The notes under the pieces are model-generated. The model did no database searches, was not told where the DNA came from, and saw only the letters and a list, made by a program, of their open reading frames with translations. From Parcubacteria group bacterium M6-OD1-3 (GTDB lineage: Bacteria > Patescibacteriota > Minisyncoccia > Moranbacterales > UBA9337), in the NCBI GenBank assembly GCA_003056165.1, contig LSNR01000024.1, positions 1 to 56,224 on the forward strand: a stretch of DNA of 56,224 nucleotides, in the 5' to 3' direction. Below are positions 48,920 to 56,224 of this stretch, piece after piece. The position numbers were made by a program, and so were the translations under genes. Numbering within the stretch: position 1 is the stretch's first letter; each line of letters opens with the position of its first letter.

Positions 48920-50575
48920 ATGAAAATAAAATCACTCAAAATTTCAAATATACTTAGCTTTAAATATATAGAAAGTATAGAAGAAGCTGAAATAATCAAC
49001 TTCGATAGAAGTTTTAATATTTTAATAGGTCAAAATGGCGCTGGCAAATCAACCGTACTAGAGGTTATTAATTTTGTATTTCGCAGAGTTTTATTTGTTC
49101 CTTATGATAGGAATCGAGATTTATATAGTCAGAGAAAAACTATCGAGCCTAACCAGAAAAAAGAAATTCTAAAAAAGATAAATAATACTCAATCATATAA
49201 AGATTTTAGGCTAGAAAGAAATTATGATTTTGAGGACAAGACACAGAAAGTTAGAATTGTAGTAGAGTTAGATGATATTGATAAGGCAAATATAAAATTT
49301 CTACAGGATAATAAAGTAAAGTTAGCACCGATTGTTGGAATTTATTCAGCAGAGCAGATGTTTGCCGATGGAGAGTATCAAAGTGAATATATTATTGATA
49401 TTGAATTAAGTAGCACAGATAAAACTTATACAGTTAATACCGAACAAGATATTGGTTTTACATATCTCACAGCATATAATCTCTACAAAGAAGTGATAGA
49501 AATACACAATGAGGAAAAGCCGAAGGAGCAGATAGACAATCTTGCAGAATCTTTTGCTCTTATTGGAAGTTATAGAAATTATAGTGCTTATTCTCCGCAC
49601 GTATCACTTGGTGGTGGAAATACTGCTGATAAACAAATACAACAAATACGCATGGGAGAATTCTCAAAAAGTACCAACGCCACAGAAGGAGGAGAGCCTT
49701 CCATTTTTGGACTTGTAAGGTTAAGAATGGCAAAAGAATGCTTTGATTTAATTTTTGATAAGAATGATTTAAGGGAGTGCGAAAAAGCAGCAAACAACTT
49801 ACCTTTTGTTAAGGCTATAAATAAAAAAATTCAAATAGTTAATCTAAAAACAGAGGTAAAATTAGTAGATCAGTCTAGTTGGAATTTCAGCTTTTCTTTT
49901 GTAGATATAAAAAGAAGTAGGGAAATATCTGACATAAATTCCTTGAGTGCTGGACAAAAATCTATAATTCATTTGGTTTTTGAGGCTTACGGGAGAGGAA
50001 GTTTGCTCGGGGGTCTTGTAATTATCGATGAGCCAGAAATACATTTACACTATCAATTTCAAAATGAATACCTTAGAGTTGTTGAAAAATTAAATCAAGA
50101 ACAAGGTTGTCAATATATTCTAGTTACACATTCAGAACCTTTAGTGAGCTCAAAAACCATCAGTAGTGTTATTCGTCTTTCATTAGATGAAAATAATTAT
50201 ACAAAAATAAATCAACCAAATATTACTACGGATCAAAAATGGTTAGTTAAGATACTCGATAATAAGCGTTCTACCCATGCTTTTTTTGGTAGTAAGGTTT
50301 TGTTGGTAGAAGGAGAAACTGATCGATATTTTTTCCGTGCTGTCTTAAATGAGGTTGAAGATAAACTAAAAAAAGGTTTGTCTCAAGATATTACTATTTT
50401 GGACATTGATGGAAACACTAATCCTAGTGAGTGGCGTAAGCTGTTTGAATCTTTTGGGTTGAAAACCTTTTTTATCACAGACTTAGATTCTGCCTTTAAA
50501 TACTACCCAGAAGATGAAAGGTATAAGCTCAAGACTCCTGTTTTAGTAAATAGTTTTTTAAAAAAAACATCCTGA
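48920..50575 (+). CDS. OLD-family nuclease, ABC-ATPase plus start of TOPRIM; interrupted by a frameshift at an A8 run
   Basis: Walker A GQNGAGKST, signature LSAGQKS, Walker B VIIDEPEIHLH, H-loop VTHS. TOPRIM Glu LLVEGETDR and DxD FITDLDS. A 2-nt gap follows the res stop. Confidence 0.85.
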   Translation: MKIKSLKISNILSFKYIESIEEAEIINFDRSFNILIGQNGAGKSTVLEVINFVFRRVLFVPYDRNRDLYSQRKTIEPNQKKEILKKINNTQSYKDFRLERNYDFEDKTQKVRIVVELDDIDKANIKFLQDNKVKLAPIVGIYSAEQMFADGEYQSEYIIDIELSSTDKTYTVNTEQDIGFTYLTAYNLYKEVIEIHNEEKPKEQIDNLAESFALIGSYRNYSAYSPHVSLGGGNTADKQIQQIRMGEFSKSTNATEGGEPSIFGLVRLRMAKECFDLIFDKNDLRECEKAANNLPFVKAINKKIQIVNLKTEVKLVDQSSWNFSFSFVDIKRSREISDINSLSAGQKSIIHLVFEAYGRGSLLGGLVIIDEPEIHLHYQFQNEYLRVVEKLNQEQGCQYILVTHSEPLVSSKTISSVIRLSLDENNYTKINQPNITTDQKWLVKILDNKRSTHAFFGSKVLLVEGETDRYFFRAVLNEVEDKLKKGLSQDITILDIDGNTNPSEWRKLFESFGLKTFFITDLDSAFKYYPEDERYKLKTPVLVNSFLKKTS

Positions 50576-50576
50576 C

Positions 50577-50798
50577 GTGTATTTGAAAATTGAAGCTGAT
50601 TATGAAAACGGAGTCTTTATTTTTAAAAACGGAGATCTTGAGATATATCTAGATATACCCAAAGGACAAAAAGGAATCGCTAGTGTGATAAACTTTTGTA
50701 AAAATAATTTGCATGTTTATTGGGCAGATGACACTAATAATAGAGTTGCTGAAATTAAAATGATTTTATCTAAAGTAATAGAGAGAAGCATAGATTAA
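50577..50798 (+). CDS. C-terminal fragment of the OLD-family nuclease (+1 frame relative to 48920-50575)
   Basis: Removing one A from 50560-50567 joins ...NSFLKK to HPDVYLKIEADYENGVFIFKNGDLEIYL... This looks like a typical OLD C-terminal region. Confidence 0.7.
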   Translation: MYLKIEADYENGVFIFKNGDLEIYLDIPKGQKGIASVINFCKNNLHVYWADDTNNRVAEIKMILSKVIERSID

Positions 50799-50881
50799 AC
50801 AAAAAGGAGCAATACACTTGTGAGCGCAAAAGGAATTCACTTTAAAAAACCTAATAAATAAGGGAGCAACGCTTGTGCGCG

Positions 50882-50993
50882 CCATGATACGCTAAGGCTA
50901 CATGGTAAACCATGATACGCTAAGGCTACATGGTAAACCATGATATGCTAGAAGCTACATGGTAAACCATGATATGCTAAAGTTACACAGCAT
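50882..50993 (+). repeat. Tandem array of about four 28-bp units
   Basis: ccatgatacgctaaggctacatggtaaa occurs twice exactly. Two diverging units follow. Each unit holds a ccatg...catgg inverted repeat. Confidence 0.9.
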
Positions 50994-51218
50994 GTGGGTA
51001 GGCAGGCAGTGCAATTGAATTTGTTTTGGAGGGATTAATTAGTAACAGTTTTTGGGATGGTATAGTAAGACCCTAAATATTATCAAATATTATTAAATAT
51101 TATTAAATTTTCTTTACATTAAGGGGGATTGATGATAGATTAAAGCTGTAAAAGAAAATAATTTGTTTTAATGTTGGCTTGTCCGTTGGTGGTCAATAAT
51201 GTTTTAGTTTAGTTTATT

Positions 51219-53033
51219 ATGTCAGATAAAAATGTTGAAGAAAAAATTGATTCGTCAGTTGACGAAAAGAAAAAGGTTAAAATTCCCAATCCGGTAATGG
51301 TTAAAAAATTTGCAGAGATTTTGGAATTGTCGGTTTCCGATGTGATTACAGAATTGATGAAAAATGGAATTATGGCAACCATTAATGAAGAGGTTGATTT
51401 TGAAACAGCCAGTATTATAGCGGAGGATCTTGGTTTTGATGTCGAAGAAGATTTGGAAATTCATGAAGGAGAAGCCTTGACATTGGAAAGACTTTTGGAT
51501 ATTTGTAGAAAAGAACAAGCTTTAGATGAAAAATTACCGGAGCGTGCTCCAGTAGTAACAATTCTTGGTCATGTTGATCATGGAAAAACGACTTTGCTTG
51601 ACGCAATTCGTAAAGGTAATGTTGCGTCGCATGAAGCGGGAGGAATTACTCAGCACATGACTGCTTATCAAGTTAAAAAAAGAGGAAAAACGATTACTTT
51701 TATTGATACGCCGGGACATGAAGCTTTTTCAGCAATGCGTGAGCGAGGAGTAAGTATTGCCGATGTGGCTATTTTAGTTGTGGCGGCGGATGATGGAGTG
51801 CGACCACAAACAAAAGAAGTTATTAGATATTTGAAAGAGAAAAAAATTCCGACTATTGTAGCAATAAACAAAATTGATAAGCCGGAAGCTAATTTACAAC
51901 GAGTGAAACAGGAATTATCAGAACACGATATTGTTATTGAGGAATGGGGCGGTGAAGTTGTCTCTAATGAAATCAGTGCTAAAAATAACATTGGTATCGA
52001 CGATTTGTTGGATAGTGTTTTGTTAGTGTCGGAAGTTTTAGAATTAAAAGCCAATGATAAAAGCGATGGTTTGGGCGTTGTTTTGGAATCGCACTTGGAT
52101 CCCAATAAAGGTCCGGTTTCAACTGTTTTGATAAAAACTGGAATGTTAAAAGTTGGACATGATGTTTTGGTTGGAAATACCTTTGGTCGCATTAAGAGAA
52201 TGGAAAATTATGCTGGAGAACAAGTTGATTCTGCTGGTCCGTCCAGCCCAGTGGTTATTATGGGAATTCAAAAAACTCCGGAGGTCAATGATATTATCCA
52301 GGTTGCTAAAAAAGAAACTATTGCCAAAATAAAATCAAAAGGCAGTACGGGAGTAATTAGCGGAATGAATAAAATTAAAGGTAAGAAAGATTTGTATAAA
52401 AATATTGATGAAGGAAAAATTAAAAAACTTGATATAATTATGAAAGCGGATGTTCCTGGATCATTGGAAGCAATCGACCAAATTCTTTCAACAATTAAAT
52501 CTAAGGAAGTTGCCTGGGAATATATAAATACCGGCGTTGGAAATATTACTGAATCCGATGTTAAATTAGCCGAGAGTTCGAATGCTATAGTATATGGTTT
52601 TAATGTGAATGCTACGACTGTTGCCAAGAGAATGGCGGAAAAAGTTGAGGTAGAAATTAAATCGTTTGATGTTATTTATGAATTAGTTGAGGATGTAAAA
52701 AACAGAATGGCGGATTTATTGCCACCGGAAATTATTCGTACTGATTTGGGGCGTTTAAAAGTTTTGGCAATTTTTAAAAATGGAAAAACAGATATGATTG
52801 TCGGTGGACGAGTTATCGAAGGTACAGCAGTTAATAAATCTTTAGTGGAAATAAAGCGAGATAAGGAAATTATCGGTAAAGGAGAAATTTCCAACTTGCA
52901 ACAAAATAAAAAGCCGGCGGAAAAAGTTAAGTCTGGAAATGAATGTGGAATTACTTTCCAAGGCAAAACAAAAATTGAAGAAGGTGATATCTTAATTTTT
53001 TACAAAGAAGAGGAAAAAAGAAAGAAATTATAG
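51219..53033 (+). CDS. infB: Translation initiation factor IF-2 (short N-terminal form)
   Basis: G-domain motifs GHVDHGKTT, DTPGH and NKID. C-terminal beta-barrel domains. Confidence 0.95.
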   Translation: MSDKNVEEKIDSSVDEKKKVKIPNPVMVKKFAEILELSVSDVITELMKNGIMATINEEVDFETASIIAEDLGFDVEEDLEIHEGEALTLERLLDICRKEQALDEKLPERAPVVTILGHVDHGKTTLLDAIRKGNVASHEAGGITQHMTAYQVKKRGKTITFIDTPGHEAFSAMRERGVSIADVAILVVAADDGVRPQTKEVIRYLKEKKIPTIVAINKIDKPEANLQRVKQELSEHDIVIEEWGGEVVSNEISAKNNIGIDDLLDSVLLVSEVLELKANDKSDGLGVVLESHLDPNKGPVSTVLIKTGMLKVGHDVLVGNTFGRIKRMENYAGEQVDSAGPSSPVVIMGIQKTPEVNDIIQVAKKETIAKIKSKGSTGVISGMNKIKGKKDLYKNIDEGKIKKLDIIMKADVPGSLEAIDQILSTIKSKEVAWEYINTGVGNITESDVKLAESSNAIVYGFNVNATTVAKRMAEKVEVEIKSFDVIYELVEDVKNRMADLLPPEIIRTDLGRLKVLAIFKNGKTDMIVGGRVIEGTAVNKSLVEIKRDKEIIGKGEISNLQQNKKPAEKVKSGNECGITFQGKTKIEEGDILIFYKEEEKRKKL

Positions 53034-53046
53034 AAATTAAAAGCAA

Positions 53047-53388
53047 ATGTCTTTACGCATTAAAAAGGTAAATTCTCTTATTAAAGAGCAAATATCGGAA
53101 ATTTTTACTCGTGAATTAAATTTAAAACCGGGTGTTTTTTTGACGGTTGCCAAGGTTGACACTACGAGAGATTTACGCTATACTCGTATATTCATCAGTG
53201 TTTTTCCTGATGCCGACAGAAATTATGCATTGGTGGCGTTGAAAAATGAAAAGAAACGCATTCAAAAATCTTTGAATAAAAAAATGCAAATGAAAATTAT
53301 TCCCAAAATACTTTTTAAAATTGATACGACCGAAGCGGAAGCAGATGAAATTGAAAAAATTCTTAGGAAAATAAAAGAGGAAAAATAG
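53047..53388 (+). CDS. rbfA: Ribosome-binding factor A
   Basis: RIKKVNSLIKEQISEI... and TRDLRYTRIFISV. It follows infB. Confidence 0.9.
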   Translation: MSLRIKKVNSLIKEQISEIFTRELNLKPGVFLTVAKVDTTRDLRYTRIFISVFPDADRNYALVALKNEKKRIQKSLNKKMQMKIIPKILFKIDTTEAEADEIEKILRKIKEEK

Positions 53389-53486
53389 ACTCTATGTTCT
53401 TGATTGGGACTAATTGACAGATTGGTTTTTAGAATACCTGAAGTTTATAATGGCATCACTTGCTGTTTTTTATAGGCAAATACAAT

Positions 53487-54443
53487 ATGAAATTTGAAAA
53501 AGAATTTAAAACAATTGAATATATTATAGAAAAATCTGACAAAATTCTTCTATTTGCACACAGTCGTCCGGATGCTGATACAGTTGGATCGAATTTGGCA
53601 CTATTCTATCATCTTAAAAAAAGAGGTAAGGATGTTGATATTGCTTGTTTTGATGATTTTCCGGAATATTTAAAAGAATTGGCGGACTATGATTTTAAAA
53701 ACCCTAATGATCTTAAATTCGAAAAATATGATTCTATAATTGCTTCCGATAGTGTAGATCGTGGTTTTAAAAAAATAAAAGATAAATTAACAGATAAACA
53801 AGCAATTGTTTTAATTGACCATCATCCAGATATTACAATGAAAGGCGATGTGGAAATTATTGATGCAAGTTATTCTTCCGCTTCGGAAATAGTTTTTGAT
53901 TTTTTCAAATTTTCTAAAATAAGAATTACTAGTCAGATGGCAACACTATTGTTGATGGGAATTTTGGGAGACACTGGAAATTTGCAACATTCTAATACAA
54001 CTCCTAAGGTGATGCATACTGCAGCGGAATTATTGAACAATGGAGCTTCCGTTTCCAAAATATCCAAAATAATTTTTTCAAACAATAGTTTTTCAACTCT
54101 GAAATTATGGGGTAGGGCCTTAGAAAAGGCGAAAATAAATCCGCAAAATAAAATGATTGCTACGGTTATTACAGAAAAAGACCTAGAAGAATGTCGAGCT
54201 GGTTACGATGATGTGGCGGAAATTTCTTCAATTTTAAATACGGCTCCAGAAACAAATTTTTCATTAGTTTTGTCCGAGAGAGATAATGGAATAATCAAAG
54301 GAAGTTTGCGAAGTGAAAAATATAAAGGTGTTGATGTCTCAAAAATCGCTCATCAATTTGGTGGCGGTGGACATAAACTGGCTAGTGGGTTTGAAGTTAA
54401 GGGAAAAATTGTGGAAACTAAAGATAGCTGGAAAATAATTTAA
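53487..54443 (+). CDS. DHH/DHHA1 family phosphoesterase (NrnA-like)
   Basis: HSRPDADTVGS, IDHHPD (DHH), GDTG, GGGGHKLASGF (DHHA1). ATG at 53487. Confidence 0.85.
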   Translation: MKFEKEFKTIEYIIEKSDKILLFAHSRPDADTVGSNLALFYHLKKRGKDVDIACFDDFPEYLKELADYDFKNPNDLKFEKYDSIIASDSVDRGFKKIKDKLTDKQAIVLIDHHPDITMKGDVEIIDASYSSASEIVFDFFKFSKIRITSQMATLLLMGILGDTGNLQHSNTTPKVMHTAAELLNNGASVSKISKIIFSNNSFSTLKLWGRALEKAKINPQNKMIATVITEKDLEECRAGYDDVAEISSILNTAPETNFSLVLSERDNGIIKGSLRSEKYKGVDVSKIAHQFGGGGHKLASGFEVKGKIVETKDSWKII

Positions 54444-54476
54444 ATGTACATTTAAATGTACATCATATATTCTACT

Positions 54477-54980
54477 ATGAAAATTGCAATTATTTCGGAT
54501 GTTCACAATAATGTGGCTAATCTTAAAAAGGTTTTGGCTTATTGTAAAAATAAAAAAATAAAAAAAATAATTTGTTGCGGTGATTTAGCGTCGGAAGAAA
54601 CTCTGGATTTTTTTTGTGACAATTTTTCTGGAGAAATTTATTATACTTTTGGAAATATGGACAATGAACAATTACGAGATTTTCAAGGAGTTGACCAGTA
54701 CAAAAATGTTGACCTGTTTAAAAATTTTGGTGAGCTGAAGATTAATAATAAAAAAATTGCTTTTGTACACTTTCCAGATGTTGCTAAAAAATTGTGTCAG
54801 ACAAAAAGGTATAATTTTGTATTTTATGGACATACACACAAGCCGTGGGAAGAAATGATTGAAGATTGTAAGATGTTAAATCCCGGCAATGTTGCCAATG
54901 AAATCTATTTACCGACATTTGCAACTTGGAATATTGAAAATGATAAGTTTAAATTAATAAGAATTAATGAATTAGTATAA
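54477..54980 (+). CDS. YfcE/MJ0936-family metallophosphoesterase
   Basis: ISDVHNN, CGDL, GNMD and GHTH motifs. ATG at 54477. Confidence 0.85.
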   Translation: MKIAIISDVHNNVANLKKVLAYCKNKKIKKIICCGDLASEETLDFFCDNFSGEIYYTFGNMDNEQLRDFQGVDQYKNVDLFKNFGELKINNKKIAFVHFPDVAKKLCQTKRYNFVFYGHTHKPWEEMIEDCKMLNPGNVANEIYLPTFATWNIENDKFKLIRINELV

Positions 54981-55020
54981 AAAATTTGCAAAAAAGCGTT
55001 TGATTGGCTACACTGATAAC

Positions 55021-55202
55021 ATAGACATTACATTCCAAAAACAAATTTATAATCTATGAAAATTACCCCTTGCTTGTTTTTCGTAAGAAAAAAATATTCA
55101 TTGTAGCTAAGGCTACAACTTATCTTTTTTCTTACTGCAAAATCAACCAATGAATTAATTTTTATTAAATTCTAAAATCTGTTTTTGGAATGTAATGTCT
55201 AT
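55021..55202. repeat. 182-nt nested-hairpin (MITE-like) element in the secY leader
   Basis: Perfect 23-bp terminal inverted repeats atagacattacattccaaaaaca (55021-55043) and tgtttttggaatgtaatgtctat (55180-55202). Inner inverted repeats are gtaagaaaaaa/ttttttcttac and ttgtagc/gctacaa. Confidence 0.9.
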
Positions 55203-55235
55203 AAATTATAAAAAATTATAAAAAATTATTAAGAT

Positions 55236-56224
55236 ATGTTTGAAAAAATATTTAGAGTTTTTAAGATTAAAGAGTTGAGAAATAAGATTTTTTTTATTTT
55301 AGCGTTACTGGCGGTATTTAGGCTGGCGGCAAATATTCCTCTTCCGGGGGTGGATACCTCTCAATTAAAATCATTTTTTGAAAATAATCAACTTTTTGGA
55401 ATGATGAATATGTTTTCTGGTGGTGGACTTTCTAATATTTCCATTGTTCTATTAGGTGTTGGACCATACATTACTTCATCTATTATTTTTCAATTGCTTA
55501 CAATGATCTTTCCAGCTTTAGAGAATTTGCAAAAAGAAGAAGGCGAGGCTGGTCGACAAAAAGTTAATATGTGGACCCGTTGGGCGACCGTTCCTTTGGC
55601 AATTGCTCAAACATTCGGAATGGTGACATTATTAAAAAATCAGGGAGTATTAGGTGCCGTTTCTGCATATGATATGTTCGTTATAGTAGTTGTTGCGACA
55701 GCAGGAACAATTTTCTTGATGTGGCTAGGTGAATTGATAACGGAAAAGGATATTGGAAACGGAGTGTCGCTGATAATTTTTGCCGGGATTGTAGCGAGCC
55801 TTCCCAGTTCGGTTTCTAGAATGGCAACAACCTTTGATTCAACGGATTTTTTCAATTATCTTATGTTTACGATTGTTGGGATAGTTACGATTGCCGGAGT
55901 GGTTATTATAAATGAAGGACAAAGAGATATTCCAATTTCTTATGCGAAAAGAATTCGAGGAAATAAAACAATGGGTGGAACTTCGACGCATTTACCTCTT
56001 AGGGTTAATCAAGCTGGTGTAATTCCAATAATTTTTGCTATTTCAATTATGCTTTTCCCAGGAGTAATTGCCAATTTTTTTGTTAACGCTGATAATCAAA
56101 CTGTGGCGCATATTGCTCGTTTTGTAGCACAATTGTTTCAAAATCAATGGTTTTACGATGGACTTTATTTTGCGATGGTAGTCTTGTTTACTTATTTTTA
56201 TACGGCGGTTGTTTTTGATCCAAA
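55236..56224 (+). CDS. secY: Preprotein translocase subunit SecY, 5' part (runs off the window; absent from the ORF track)
   Basis: Manual translation gives MFEKIFRVFKIKELRNKIFFILALLAVFRLAANIPLPGVD...GVGPYITSSIIFQLLTM. The frame stays open to the window end. Confidence 0.9.
   Translation, partial: MFEKIFRVFKIKELRNKIFFILALLAVFRLAANIPLPGVDTSQLKSFFENNQLFGMMNMFSGGGLSNISIVLLGVGPYITSSIIFQLLTMIFPALENLQKEEGEAGRQKVNMWTRWATVPLAIAQTFGMVTLLKNQGVLGAVSAYDMFVIVVVATAGTIFLMWLGELITEKDIGNGVSLIIFAGIVASLPSSVSRMATTFDSTDFFNYLMFTIVGIVTIAGVVIINEGQRDIPISYAKRIRGNKTMGGTSTHLPLRVNQAGVIPIIFAISIMLFPGVIANFFVNADNQTVAHIARFVAQLFQNQWFYDGLYFAMVVLFTYFYTAVVFDP

Noticed and set aside
50882-50993. Possible CRISPR array, given the 28-bp repeat length
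   Set aside because: The units are directly head-to-tail with no spacers. No cas genes are in the window. It is a simple tandem repeat.
54441-54463. Short direct repeat ttaaatgtaca x2 between the DHH and YfcE genes
   Set aside because: It is only 11 nt x 2 in AT-rich spacer sequence overlapping a stop/start region, and it does not recur elsewhere in the window. It is likely trivial.

Overview
This is a 56 kb window of low-GC bacterial DNA using standard code 11; TGA works as a stop, for example the ATGA stop/start overlap at 27627. Genes are compact and mostly on the + strand. The gene set is reduced, which suggests a CPR/Patescibacteria-like organism (inference only).

The backbone is housekeeping:
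- Envelope and translation genes: an ABC exporter C-terminus, an S41 protease, rpmB, an M50 protease, GT2 and ArnT-like glycosyltransferases, lepB, hisS, a HIT protein, rpsU, ybeY and dgkA.
- Division genes ftsA and ftsZ.
- A deoxynucleotide cluster: nrdR, a split nrdD, a thyX-like gene, a DNPH1-like gene and tmk.
- cysS, a corA-like gene and yidD.
- A partial dcw cluster (mraZ, rsmH, ftsL-like, ftsI, murF), then comEC plus a separate MBL gene.
- infB, rbfA, a DHH phosphoesterase, a YfcE-like phosphoesterase and the 5' part of secY.

Three accessory or repeat-rich patches stand out:
1. 24.8-31.7 kb holds an AbiEii-like pair, a Nudix gene, and an ArsR/thioredoxin-like/ArsP-like operon. It also holds an IS200-like HUH-Y1 (RAYT-like) transposase embedded in seven copies of a 17-nt palindrome. 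The 4.4 kb block is bracketed by roughly 194-bp direct repeats.
2. Long-hairpin MITE-like elements occupy three consecutive dcw/comEC intergenic regions and the secY leader.
3. 40.6-51.2 kb holds a GC-rich putative structured RNA with 35-nt flanking repeats, tRNA-Glu(CUC) with a partial 3'-end duplication, and a defence island.

The defence island is the best candidate for an undescribed composite system. It carries Type III Mod, an embedded AlbA_2/HATPase_c_4 gene, Type III Res, and a tightly juxtaposed (2-nt gap) OLD-family ATPase-TOPRIM nuclease interrupted by an A8 frameshift. A 28-bp tandem repeat array follows it.

All calls come from reading the sequence and the supplied translations. 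No database search was run.
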